Shown in pieces: positions 25,190-38,411 of a DNA stretch of 64,000 nucleotides (positions within the stretch are counted from its first letter, which is position 1; every line of letters starts with the position of its first letter). The notes beneath the pieces are model-generated. The model did no database searches, was not told where the DNA came from, and saw only the letters and a program-made list of their open reading frames with translations. Position numbers and translations under genes: made by a program. This stretch comes from Eremomyces bilateralis CBS 781.70 (Eukaryota): NCBI GenBank assembly GCA_010015585.1, contig ML975150.1; one strand, 5' to 3'.

Positions 25190-25847
25190 GATGGTGGGTG
25201 GGTCACGGCTCATGACACGTCATGATGGGTTTTGTACGATAGGACAGACATCACGGATGCGCGAAGGGTTTGGGGGTTGGGGTAGGATTCATTAGTAGAG
25301 AACTCGGTGACTCATGGTCGATCCATATAGGGTCGACTTGGATGGACGGCTGCGGAGCCTGGCATTTTGGAGTCTCGTCCAGGGCGGACATGGGGATATC
25401 AAGACGTCGCATCGACGCGCATTCTTCGCCTGCGGAAACGACGGCGCACCCTTTCTCGGTTTGTAGCATCGATTAGCGAAACATCTTAACCCGGCGTTGG
25501 TGAGATGGGTGGAAAAACCACGTCTCTTCATTCTCGTTCGTGAGATGCAATTGGCGCTGTACAATACACATTCCAATGCTTCTCGGTTTGTTCTCTCTCG
25601 ATCCGTGAGAAACAGTGGCCCAACATGAAGGCTCAGCGATCCCTGTTCCCCGGCGCGGATTGAAAAAAAGGCATCCATCGTGTCCCGTCCGGCGTCTATG
25701 CAGATGCAGATGGTATCAATCCCGACTGACAGCAAAGAAAACATGGCCAAGATATATCATCCTCGTCTAGCAGATCCCAATTCCCAAACACAGGACACCA
25801 AGAAATGCGGACATCGATCCTCACTCGACACGTGAATCCTCCCCATC

Positions 25848-27048
25848 CTATCGCATGCTCATCCCCGTCGACTTCACATTCCCATTCCGCCCATTCATCA
25901 CCTTCTCACTCACCACCTCCCTCTCTACCCGCCCATTCCACCGCTCCCCCAACCGCGTCAACTCCTCAATCTCTCTCAACATCCCCTCTCTCACCCTCTC
26001 CATCAACGCCCCCACATCCTCCTGCCCCAACCCCCTCGTCTCCACCGGCTCCATCACCCGCACAGGAATCCTCCCCGCGCGGAAGATCTGCCGCCGCACG
26101 TCCACGACGTTCGCGTAGTTCGCCACCGCGACGGGGACGATGGGCACCTGCGCCTGCACGGCAAGGTGGAAGGCGCCCTTTTTGAAAGGGAGCAGCATCG
26201 CGTGGTCTGGGTACGAGCGTGTGCCTTCGGGGAAGATGAAGACGGATTGGCGGTGCACGCGCATCGTGTGGGCGGCGCCATCGAAGGCGGCGATGGCGGA
26301 TTGGCGGTTGGCGCGGTCGATGAAGACGGTTTTGGAGAGGGCCACTGGGTAAGGGGGTTAGCGTGGGGTCATCCAGAGCGTCGGGTGGTTTTCGAGTGGG
26401 ATCAAAGAGAAGTGAACGGGCAATTATAATCAAAGGCTCAACTGGACTTGCGCCAAAGGGAAGAGGGGAGAAGAACTCACTAAACCATCCCAAAAACGGA
26501 TACCACATCAAACTCCGCTTGCTGGTGACGCTGCAATACTTCGGAAACATAGCCCCCAGCATCAAGATATCCAGCTCCGACTGATGGTTCCCCAAAAACA
26601 CCGCCGGCCGCGTCCCGTTCAGCCAGTCGTCTCCCTTCCCATCCTCCCGCACCTCTTTCCCTCCGTTCGCATTCAGCACCTCGAACCAGATCCCCGTGCT
26701 CAGCCCCATCATCCACTTGAACGCGCGGGCGGTCGTCCATTGCGACAGGCCGCCGAGGCCGAAGAGACGGAGGAGGATGGAGGAGATGGCGCCGTAGGAG
26801 GCAGCGACGATGAGGAGGAGGAGGGAGGTGAGGAGGCCGGCGTAGAATTTGAAGGGGTCGGAGTGGACGATGGGGGGGAGTTCGGGGGAGGGGCGTTTGG
26901 AGAGGGAGCCGTTGGAATGAGTGGGTGAGGGGGAAGGGTCGAGGCGGCGGGACATGGCGTTGGTGATGAAGGAGAGGAGGTGGAGGAGGGCGATGATGAG
27001 GAGGGAGAGGGTGAGGAAGACGACAAGGGGGGCGAGGAGGTTGGCCAT
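25848..27048 (-). CDS. SLC1: 1-acyl-sn-glycerol-3-phosphate acyltransferase
   Basis: NHQSELD (HxxxxD), FIDR, FPEGTRS, PFKKGAF and N-terminal TM helices. Intron 26345..26480. Confidence 0.93.
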
Positions 27049-28231
27049 GGTGAGGGGTGGATATGGAGGGTGGAGGAGAAGGAAGAGGAGGAGGAGGGCC
27101 TCAGAAGGGGTTTATGGAGTGGGATCGAGGGCGTACTCCGAAGTTCGGGGAGCGGTTCCAAAAGCGTCAGTTCGGAGTATGCTGTGTAGCGATGGTGTCA
27201 ATGGATCGGCGTCCGGGCCTACAACCATCGACGGAGCAATCAATAAAGGGGAGTGACTTCTCTCGTTGACTGGATTCCTCGCGGAGAGAACGAGACGGGT
27301 CAACTCATGGAGAGAGAAGAGACAAGATGAGAAGTTACATGTAAAAAAAAAACCGCGGTGATGCTGGGGGGTTGGTGGTGGAACGGGAGCGGAGGAGTAA
27401 ATGGGCTATGGAGAGTGGAGAGTTTCACATGAAGACGAATTTGGCGGGGTGAAGTCATTGATGCCTGAGGCCCTAAGGCTGAAAGGAGTGATCAGCCGCC
27501 AATCATCATGTGCAAATATCAGATGACCCCATGGAACTATTTCCATCAATCACAGAGGAGGGATTTGCACTCCACAACCATGTCACGTGCATGCCACATT
27601 CCCAGATCATCAGTTTTGTCCAGAGAATCAAGATCAAGATGCGTATGATACCATCCAAGGGATCCAGAAACTAGAAGAGAGATCTCGACTCTATTCCGTA
27701 CTAATACACGTACCATCTAAGTTATATATAATACTGTTAAAGAAAGGATTCCGGGTCTGTCCAACCAACCCCAGTCCGCCAACGAAGTCGGGATGCTTTT
27801 GAGAGTATAAGTACAACCAATAATACAAAAAAGTAGAAACGCAACTATCTGCGCTATGGCAGGTATATATATATGAACAGGGTCCTTTTCCATGCCCTGT
27901 AGACCGAGATAATAATAAGAGTGGTGAGTGTGGAAAGATGTTCCCCGTTGTTGTACAGTGTGCGGTTGAAAACAAGAAGAAAGATATCCGTCCAAAGGGG
28001 GACTGGATCCAATTGCGCCGATGCTGAATGCTGTCCGTTCATTCGGGAACCAGAGATGCAACGCCCGGGATGGGAGAGACTCGTGAAAGCAACCATACGG
28101 AGCGGAAGGAGACCACAGAATATTGTACAGGGAGAGAGGAACAAGACGGATGGAACAAGTGAGGAAGAAACAACGCGACCACCAATCGAAAAGAAAAGAT
28201 ACGACATTCAGAACCCTCGTCGTTCTACCTC

Positions 28232-31200
28232 TCACCTCTTCCCCCCTCTCGCCTTCGGATTCCCCCGCCCTCGCCCCCCCTTCTTCCCCGTCTTCTTCGA
28301 ATCCCCCTCAATATACTTCACCAGCTCATCGATCGTCCGATTCCCCAACGATGACCCCGCCACCCCCTCCGTCGACGGCCCCGCTTCCCCGGGCCCTGCC
28401 GCCGCCGAGTTGACCCCCACCCCGCGCTGCCGCGCAGTCAGCATCGGGAGGGAGCGGAGCCCGGCCCCTTGTAGCATCTTGACGGCGCGCGCGCTCTTGA
28501 CGGCGTTGGCGGTGAAGAACTCGAGGTAGTGCTGCGCCTCCTTGGTGCGGGTGTCGTCCTTCCCGCAGACGTTCTCAAAGACGTGGCGCGCGTCGCGCAT
28601 CTTGTTGACGGCGGCGTGCGTGTTGCCCTGGAGGGCGAGGTTGTGCGCGAGCTGATAGGTCAGCGCGGCACTGCTGATGGATTGGTCGGTGAAGTAGAGG
28701 CTGGAGAAGTGGAGCGCCTGGTGTAGCCATGCGATCGACGCCGGGTAGTGCTCCTGGTTGCCGGCCATGACGGCGAGGTTGGTGATGGCCGTGATGGCGT
28801 CGGGGTGGTCGAGGCCGTGGATAACCTTCCAGAGCTCGAGCGCATGAAGGATGAGGCGGACGCCTTTGGCACCGTTGCCGGCGCTGTGCTCGTGGATGGC
28901 GTAGTTGAGATACGCTTGCAGGGTCTCGACGCTATCGACGCCGAGGGTGCGTTCGGCAATGATGACCGCTTTGCGGGAGAGCTCCAGCGCGGCGTCCTTG
29001 TCGCCGATGTTGCCCAGGAGACTCGACAGGTTAATATAGATGCGGGAGCATTCCGGGTGGAGGATCCCGTAGATCTGCTCGTACAGGGAGAGGGACTCGT
29101 AGATGAGCTCGAGACCGAGTTGCTTTTGCCCGGTGCTAAGGGACATCTGGCCGCCTGCGAAGGCTTCCTCGGCGAGCGCAGACTGTTTTCGTTAATATCG
29201 ATGATCGTCATGAAAAGTGGAATGTACTTACCCTTGGAGATGCCTCCTTGACGACCGGCACAAAGTTCAACACGTTCTCCGCATGGAACGTCTGCACCAC
29301 CTTTGCTGGCACGATGCAGCTTGCCGCAGTATTGTCCTGGTTCTTCTTCTTCTTCTTGCCACCAGTACTAGCGCTCGACGGCTCGCAAACCTCCTTGGAC
29401 ATCCCCTCTCGCCTGAAAATGTATTCCTTCGCTTCCAGCTGCAGACCCAGCGTCAGCGCAATCTCTCGGAGCTGCGAGAACGGCGTCTTCGCGATGATTG
29501 GTCCGCTCCAGTTATACTTGAAGCGCATCTCGATCTCCTGCTCGAGCTCTGTGAGCAGCGATTCCGGCGTGGTCGCCTCGAATGAGAAGTCCGCATCGCT
29601 GAACATCTTCTTAACCTCCGCATTCGCCTCGGGGACGGGCTGGGCGTTCACCTCGGCGCCCAGTAGGCAGTTGAGCAGGTGCGCCATGCACGCGGGCCCG
29701 AACACGGCGGGGAGGTTCCGCATCTTCTTCGCGGCGACGTGCTTGAACGCGCGCGTCACCATCTCCTGGCGGCAGAGCTGGTACAGGACCATGAGACGCG
29801 GAGCGCCGTCTTTCATGGCGACGCCGGTCAGCCGCGTGACGTGGCCGAGGTAGCGCATGTTAATGCCGCGGCGGTGGAGGAGCGCGGTTAGCGAGAGGCC
29901 GTCCATTGGGAAACCGGCGTCGACGGTGCTGTAGTCGGAGACCAGGCGAGGGATGACGTTGTCGACCAAGAACTTGCACGCCTCCCGCAGTCGGGCTTCG
30001 TCCTCCGCCATCTCTTCCTTCTCCGCATCAGTTCGCGGTTCCTGGCCGCTGAAGACATCGGGGTTGAGAAAGTGCTTCGAGATCATCTCCTCCGAAGCAT
30101 GCGCCTTCGCCTCGCCTTCGGCCTCCTCCTTTTTCTCTGCCGACTCCTCGTTTTCGGCCGGTTTCTCTTCATCGAGTGTGTCGCTTTCTGACTTGGTGGA
30201 TTCCTGATCCGCTTTGGCGTCATTCTTGGTTTCCGCCGAAGCAGCTTCCGCACCATTCGTTTCTTTCACAGCGGGGACCTCCGGCTTCTTCTCGGGAAGG
30301 ACCTTGTGTTTAATGTAGGATTCCACCAATTCGGCTCTCAAAGCCGCGACTCGGTGGGGGTAGTTCTTGCCCTTCGCTTTCGGCTTGGGCGTACTGTCCT
30401 CATCCAACTGGTTCTCTTCCCAATGGCGTTCGAGCCAGCACATATCCAGAGGCGTGATGCGGTACAGATCCAACACGTACTTGCGTCCGTCCGTCCCGAG
30501 GACGCCTTTCGTCTCGATGCTAGCTTCTAGATCGTGCCGCTTGCCTTTCTTGTCCCATACCGGGTGCGCCTTGACGAACATCTGCTTGGACAGCTGGCGG
30601 AACAGCGGCTCGAATGCCTCGTTCCTGGCAACGACATCTTTGCCCTCGACGCCACCATAATCGATGTTGTTCTCCTCCGGCTCACGCTGCTTGAAGATGC
30701 CTGGGACAATGCTTTGGCCTACGATCCGCTTCCCGAGGTAGTCTACCACGACGGTCCCGGCGGTGAAAAGCCCATTGATATCCAGCTGATTCACGGCACG
30801 CACCCCAGTGACGTCCTTGCCGACCACCACCCGGGCCGCCTCGTCGCCACCCTCGGTCGCAAACGTTCCGACCCCGTCGGCACCAAACGAATAGAAGATA
30901 TTGTTCCACACGAAGATCTGCGCGTCCTTCTGCTCGGTCGGGTTCAACGGCGCCAGCTCCCCGCGCGCGACCAGCACGGCGCCTTTGACGGCCGCCTCGT
31001 TGTAGTCGGCAAACAGCTTGGCGGTCAACCGCTCCCGGAACACGCGGTCCTGGACCGACTCGCGCGGCAGCTCGCGCGTGGATTGGAACTCCTCGTTCCA
31101 GTCGCGGAGCGTTTCGCTGCCGTCCGCGCCGCCGACCATGTAGGCTTCTTGCGAGCGGCTGATGTCCGGTTGGTATGTCGTGGTCGATGCGGCTGACGCG

Positions 31201-32372
31201 GGGACCAGCCAGGGGTTGGCGGGGAGGGCGTGCGTCAACGGATATAGGGAGATGGGGTCGCGGTCCGCGTTGGAGGTCTGGAGGGTGTCGAACGTGGATT
31301 TGAAAGACGGCGATACCTTCAGGAGCAGGGTCAGGAGGGAGTGCGAAAGGTAATCTTTCGGTGCCGCGCGTGGGCACGGGTCGAATCGGTTGGCAGTCGA
31401 CTTGTTCACGTAAAACCCGGAAACGTGGGACGTGATGCATAGTGATTCCCCCTCGTTGATCGTGAGTTGCAGGTAGAGGAGATGGCCTTGAGCGCGGAGG
31501 TAGTGCGGAGGTGGGCTCCACGGGGAGAGAATCAAGGATTTCAATGTCTGCGGTTGTGGTGTCTGCTCGGGTCGGAGCACGGCATGGACGTCTCCCTGGC
31601 TGGAGAAATCGTAGCCGGTAAGTTCCGTGTCATTCAAATGGGCCTTGAACTGCTCATCACTGGCTGGTATCGCAGTGGAGTTCTCCATGCCAGCAGACAT
31701 GACGCTGTCAAGGAGTGATACGCCAGCTTGGATGCCATGAGTCAGATCCGACTTCTCACTAGCCAGTCCTATCAACTCCTTGACCCGCAATGTGTGTAGT
31801 CGTGCGTCCTTCTCGGTGTATGGGTCCTCCTTGAGCTCGACGATGGAACCATTGTCAATGCCGGGTACTTCGGAGAGATCGATGAAGTCGTTGATACGTT
31901 TTCCGTCATGTTCGAGGTGGAAACAGGAATACTGCACGGCGTATGGTTGTTCGGAAATGATTTGGCGGAGGTCCTGGACCTGTTCTTGCTTGGCAACCTA
32001 GAGAAGTTCAGCGGCGATCTGTTGATATGGGTTTTCTCCAGCATACGGTGATGTCGGTCTCAAAAGGCTCATGCGGGAGCTTGATCTTCAATGCGAAGGT
32101 GTCTAGATTGACATCAGCAACGGATCACACGGGAACCATGCCAAATGATCTTCGTACCATGCACCACACCAGAGTGAGCGTCATCCTTAGATTCCTCCAT
32201 TTCGGAGTATGTTGGTGGAGGGTCGGCGGGTACTGGCTGTTGTGATACTGGAGGCATTGCGGTGATTAGTTTCCGATGCAATTGATTCCAATACCAATGT
32301 CTCGGGGAGGATGTATCCAACTATGACAGAAAATCGCAACATACCAACACCGTTAGAATCATTGCCACCCAT
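28232..32372 (-). CDS. CLU1: Clustered mitochondria protein Clu1/TIF31
   Basis: LSPWSPPP, RDWNEEFQSTRELP, VDYLGKRIVGQSIVPGI, DGRKYVLDLYR, LHRRGINMRYLG and C-terminal TPRs. Introns 32248..32344, 32103..32157, 31998..32046, 29183..29231. Confidence 0.95.
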
Positions 32373-33334
32373 GTTTATGTTGTTTATATTGGAGTATGCA
32401 GTGTCGTCACGACCACGAGGCAAGCGCAACCGGTAGCGGATCTAATAGGAAAACGAAGGAGGGAAAGGAAGAGATAGACGATGCCAATGACGAGCGAACC
32501 GGAGGGTTTTTACAATTCTATATTATACAAGGAAAAGATCGAAGAAGACACGATGGTCGTTGTCCCAGGTCAATTGTACCAGGAAAGAAATAATGACAAT
32601 CTTGAATCTCGAGGCTGGAGATGCGGAAGGAAATTTTTGAGAGGGCCGAACTTTTTACTGCACCAAGGTTTTGTTTCCTACAGGCATTTCTACGGTAGCT
32701 TTCCCTGTTGGCTTGTTCTGTGGTCACTATCACTGGCTCTCTGTCCCATATTTCCCGTCAGTCCGAGAATGGGCCGGTTGTTACCTAGATGCCAAGGGTT
32801 GTCCCGTCCGATGCCGACGGGTTTCCGGCATCAGTCATCAGCGGAATCGATAGGTATGGGAGTAGAGAGGGAGAGCGAGCGAGTCAAATCAGGTTGCATA
32901 TGAAATTATGCGATCTAATATATACAGTCAAGTATTCCGTAAAGATATCGGATACAATACAGCTTACAAAGATTTCATCAATGACGCAGTAATATTCCCC
33001 CAAACACAACAGAAGGAGCGACTTTTCGAGGTTCGAGGGTCGAGGCTCAAAGGGAAGGCGCACGCGACTCGCGTAACTTTGCCACCCCCCTGTCTCTCTC
33101 TCTCTCACTGACTCTTGAGTCTTGGCTGATTACTCTCCCAATTTCTCCAGGAGATGGTGAGGTGCATGATTAGCAGCGATCGCAATTCCCCACCCCATAG
33201 TGACCACTGTATGTATTAGTGAGTGCTCTCAGTTATGCGAAGAATGAGAAACACGTCGCATTAACATTCATTTAAACCATTCATTTAAACCAATTCGACA
33301 TAACCCTAAATACCATGGCCTTCAGTCCGTGGAC

Positions 33335-33350
33335 ACGCGCTTAAGCGCGT
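33335..33350. promoter_or_regulatory. Perfect 16-bp palindrome ACGCGCTTAAGCGCGT in the CLU1 / P-loop-gene divergent promoter
   Basis: The palindrome is directly visible about 100 nt upstream of ATG 33451; its function is inferred only. Confidence 0.35.
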
Positions 33351-33450
33351 TGCTTACCTGCGCGTTGGGACAAATCATCAAACACGCCGTCTTGGTGTCG
33401 CTGCGGGAACACTTGGCAAAGAGGGCCTCCCATCCGCTTAAACCGCCAGA

Positions 33451-35323
33451 ATGGCAACAAGGCCCATCGTACAACATGCATCAGGATTCATGAAAGGCGC
33501 AAGAGCTCGGGACTTCGGGTTCCGCGTCCATCGGAGTGCCATCCAACAGTTTCGCGCCCAACCGATCACGTGGCGGCAGACCATCGTCAGCGTTGACCCC
33601 TCGCCCTCCACCGCGGGGACGAACCAAGTGGTTAGCAATGCGCCCGGTCCCGAGGACGACGATGATGGCGAGGGGAATAAAAAAGCAAGGAAACCGCAGC
33701 AGGACAGGAAACTGGACGGCGAGAGGCCGGATGGAGAGAAACCGGATGGCGAACGGGGCCGCACCGCGTTCAAGATGTTCGAAGCGGCCATGACCACCTT
33801 CGCGTCCATCTCCATCCTGGGCCTCGTCGGCTACAGCTACACCCGCTACTACAAGTATCACATCCTCGAGAAGATGGAGAACGCCTTCAAGCCCGGCGAC
33901 CCCGTCCTCGAGCTCGCCCAGAAGTCCCGAACCAACCACACGTCCCTCCTCGCCGACACCGACGACGAGGACCGTTGGATCCCGCGCCCTGAGCAACGCA
34001 AGATCGACGAGATCGTCGCCGGCCGCGACACGGGTCACTACCACCTCCTCATCGGCGAGAAGGGCACGGGGAAGAGCTCCATGCTGATCGACGCCATGGC
34101 CAAGGTCGATGGCGAGGGCTGCGCCATGTTCGAGGCGCACGCCGACGTGGAGATCTTCCGCGTGCGGCTAGGCAAGGCGCTGGACTTCGAGTACCACGAG
34201 GACAACATCGGGTCGCTGTTCTCGATCCGCGGGCCGCGCGACGCGTCGGCGCTGCTGGACGTGGAGCGGGCGTTCAACAAGATGGAGAAGGTGGCGCTGA
34301 AGCGGCGGAAGGAGGTGGGGCGGCCGTTGATTCTGATCATCAATAGCGTGCATTTGGTGAGGGATGACGAGGATGGGAAGGATCTGATCGAGTTGATTCA
34401 GCAACGGGCGGAACAGTGGGCGGCGAGCAATTTGGTGACTGTGGTGTTGAATAGTGATGATTATTGGGTGTATGAACGGTTGAAGAACTATGCGACGAGG
34501 ATGCAGGTGATGGCGGTTGGGGACTTGCCGAAGAAGACGAGTTTGATGGCACTACAACAATATCGGATGAGATACCGCAGCGAGAAGCCGAGCATGGAAA
34601 CCTTGGAGCAGGTGTATGATATGATTGGGGGGAGGTTGACGCATCTGAGTCGCGTGGCGAAAAGTAAGGATATGTTGGAGGTGTGCAAGCAGATTTGCCA
34701 GGCGGAGAAGACGTGGTTGTTGAGTCAGGTATGGTGACCATCATTGTCCGCGGAAACATTATTGACAACGGTTAGTGCTGGATTCTCGGTATGGAGATGG
34801 ACGACGATGTCATGGACCAGCAGAAATACGCTGTAAGTCACCCATCCCCTTATCTCTCCATCACTTTTCACTAACCAGCTAGTCCGCTGCAATGGTCCTC
34901 GCTAAGGCCCTAGTCGACCGAGAGAAGGAAATGGAAAGCACCTACGACTCAGAGAAGGGCCACGTCCTCCCCGAAATCCCCTTACATGAAGCCCGATACA
35001 TCATGACCCGAGCCGACTTCATCCAAAGCTACGACCACATCAACGTCTTCGCTATCGGATCCAACGCCATGGTGCGCGCCGACTCGGTGCCGATGATGAA
35101 CGCGTTCCGCCAGGTCTGCAGCCAGCCGGGCTTCGACGAGCATCTGGAAGCGACGCTGGAACGCATTGGGGATATCGAGAGCTTGGGGAGGACGCGGGAG
35201 CTGACGATCAAGGATCTGTGGAATGGTGGGAAGTATAAGACCACGGTGGCCGACTCAAAGGGGCGGCATCAGAGTGAGGTGACGTTTGAGGTGGTAGAGC
35301 CGAAGAAGGATGATGAGGAGTAA
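33451..35323 (+). CDS. Uncharacterised membrane-anchored P-loop (AAA-like) protein, probably mitochondrial
   Basis: Arg-rich, acid-poor N-terminus; TM segment FASISILGLVGYSY; Walker A GEKGTGKS; GGRL motif. Introns 34729..34775 and 34833..34882. Confidence 0.8.
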
Positions 35324-35367
35324 TGGGATGCTGGAGTCCCCGGTGGACCTGATTGTGCACACCCTTC

Positions 35368-36311
35368 TCACCCGACCTCCTTCCCGCTGTTCTTCGCCCC
35401 CTGATCCTCCGTCTCCTCCCCCTCCCGTTGGAAATAGAACGCCAAATCCAACGCCGTGTCATGCAGCTCGAACTCCGGCATCGTCACCACCTCCTTCCCG
35501 GCATTAAACCCCTCCACCACCCCCGTCAACCGCCTCAGCTTCCCCTCACTCACCCCCTTCTCGCCCTCCCCGCACCGCAATGCCACCCTCCACCGCGCCT
35601 CCGTCACGTCCCGCATGTCCGGACCCAGAAACACCGCCGGACACTCCACCACCCCCTCTTCCTCTGTCGCCAGGAACTCCTCTAGCAGCGTCTCCAACTG
35701 CATGAACGGGGCGTACAGGAACGTCGAGGACGCATGCTCATGGAACTCGTGGGCCGCGTTGCGCTCGTCCGCAAGGCACAGAATCTCGATCCCCAGACTC
35801 CGCAAAAACTCCTCGTCCGTCGCCGCAAACTGCGGATCCTGCGCGAACATCCGGATCGGTTCCGTCGCATCATCTCGTCCTTCAGATACTATCGTAGATA
35901 AATCAGTGATTCCGATCGATCAACCATGACCGTCGCCGAACGCCCGTTCCAAGCGACAATCCACCTCCCCCTATCTAGCTGTCACTTACAAATCTGCACG
36001 ACCTCCAAAAATGCGAGCAGCTGCCACCCCGCCCGTCGCGCGTGCCCCCACTCCCTCGCCACGCTCCCCAACCCTACGCACACCGCCTGGGTGACCGTCG
36101 CTCGCTTTCCGAACCGCCGAGCGAGCAGCCGCATCAACTCGCCTCGCATTGCTGTCGCACGCCATGCGGTCTGCTGCTTAGTGAAGGCGCGCTGGACGGC
36201 AGAGAGGGGGGCGTAGGTGGCGGGGGAGGAGGGGGCGGAGGGGGGGGCGCGGCGGGAGCGGGGGTTGGTGGGGATGGTGGTCCAGGTGGTGTTTGGGGAG
36301 GGGGGTGGCAT
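35368..36311 (-). CDS. SRR1/Ber1-like domain protein
   Basis: AVCVGLGS...WQL, FAQDPQF...DEEFLRSLG and TFLYAPF match the SRR1 family pattern. Intron 35889..35989 keeps frame. Confidence 0.75.
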
Positions 36312-37522
36312 GGTTGGGAGGGGGGAAGGTTAGGTGGTGAGGATCATTGGGGGAGGATATTCAGAGGGGTATATAAAACTCGGGAACGGGCTTTTATTAA
36401 GGGAGGAGGGGAAGGAAGATGAATATCAAATCGCAAAGGACAACGGGTAGAAAGGATTTGCTGGGCTTGATATTGATTATAAAACCCGTTCTTTGGGATT
36501 TTATGGTTCGCACTAATATTCGAGCCTGATATAAAGGAAGATCAAAAACCTTGATGGATATCTACGATCTTCGGTTGAAATCACGTGCTTAGACACATCT
36601 CTGTTTTAAGACTACAATTTCCTTCCGATGGCTCAAAGCTGATATCGCGCAGTAGCATACACTAATCATGATCGGTATCAGAGACCACCTTGATTTTTGC
36701 AGGATTCCAAATACCATGGTGGCTCCAAAAACAGCTGTCAGACTAATAACGCTTGACTGCCCCTCGTTGCTTTTGTCCCCTCGCAGCATTCTAATATTAA
36801 CCATTTCAAGACCGTGGAGCAGACTCGATATGCCGAAATACGGTTATTATATATGACCTATATCCGGCGTTCAAGACCTCTACAAGAATGCCCTTTGCGA
36901 ACCATCCCCTATGATATGTACTATGTAGTTGCGCCGAAATCGACTGGAGGCAGGGCCAGATTGGAGTCCTGGCGTACGAAACTAGTTCATCAACAATGCG
37001 TCGAAACACAACCTCATCATTTCGAATATTTTTCAATTCGTTGGTATCAACATCCAGACTCGGCCATCCAAGGTCGACCAAATGCCCGACCCCATCGGCT
37101 AGTCAAAAAGTGCCGGAAATAATTACAAAGGAATATCCCGTCAAGGACCGACAGACCGACGCTTCATTGCGCCCCTAACCCTCCGACACCGTAACATCAC
37201 ATTTTCCCATAAGATTATTGGAGATTGGTGGAGTAGATCCCGCTGAAAAAGGGGAGGTGGATGAGATGATAAGGGAAAATCGTTTCTCGATTGGAGAATA
37301 TGTTTTCGCTCCGTGACTAACGCCAGACCCAGGGGTGTTTCTTTGGAAAGGAGCCGGAACCGGAAGGATGCTGAAATGCTGTACAAGAAAAGGAAAATTG
37401 AAGAGAAACTGCCTCCAATGGACGCGCGGTAGACGCTGCAAGCATCGCCGAGGAGATCAGGTGGGATTTGAGATATGAGCGTCAAAGATGTCTATCCGGG
37501 ATGAAAGATTCCAATGCGATGA

Positions 37523-38411
37523 TTATAAGATCATCAGGACAGCCGCAAGCATCGCCGTGAACGAAGTAATGACGACGGAGGGTTTGACCAGCGCGTTGGC
37601 GCTGTTACTCAAGCTCGTTGTGGCGAAGACGAGGTTGAATTCGATGTTCTCCCCCGCCTCCGTCGAGTTGAAGCAGTTGGTCTCGTTGACCTCGGCGACG
37701 TTCTGCGGCTCGTCGAAGATGATATCGACGCACTATCGCATATTAGCCCCATTCGTGGCGGTCGCTGTTCGTCTCCAGAGGATCTACTCACGCTATACAA
37801 CGCGGCCCCATGCTGCGCCGTCTCGATCACCTGGATCGTCGCGTGGTCGCCCACCTTCGGTTCCAGGCCCTTGGGCAACGGCACCTGCGGGAGGCAGACG
37901 GTGCCGTTGTAGTACTCGTTCGAGGGGCCAACGATTTGGAACGGCGGCACCATGTTCAGCGACATGTTCAGCGGCTCGGTCCCCACGCCCATGTTTATGT
38001 AGACGAGCGCGTTCGCATGGCCCGGAAACCATCCGGGTTGGAAGGAGAGCGCGCCGCCGTGGATTGGCCATCGGGTACGGTTGGTGGATGTCGGCATGCC
38101 GCCGCCTGCGAAAACATGTCAGCGTAAGTGTTCGTGATGCATCGTCGCACCGGTTGCATCCGATCGCAAGGGGGAGGAGAGGGTAACGCACATGGATACA
38201 TCCACTGTTGCCCGTACGGGAAATTATATGTTTCCGTCTCCTTATCCCAATTCATCCCCAACGCTCCCGTCGGCACCTCCCCACTCGGCGTCGTGCCGTT
38301 CTGGTGGAGATTGTTCCCTCTCCAGCCCGGATAGACAATGACGGTGTGCGCCGCGACGACGCTCCATAACGTCGCAATTGCGACCAGCGTCCTCCGCGCG
38401 CACCGGAACAT
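37523..38411 (-). CDS. GPI-anchored copper-binding X325/Bim1-like (LPMO-like) protein
   Basis: Signal peptide ending VAA, then His1 (HTVIVYPGWRG); PCGG; PGH; QHGAALYSCVDI; hydrophobic C-terminal GPI signal. Introns 38106..38191 and 37733..37791. Confidence 0.85.

Noticed and set aside
33301..33309. TAACCCTAA as a telomerase RNA template
   Set aside because: It lies only about 140 nt before a protein-coding ATG on the same strand, leaving no room for a kb-scale fungal TER; better read as a promoter telo-box.
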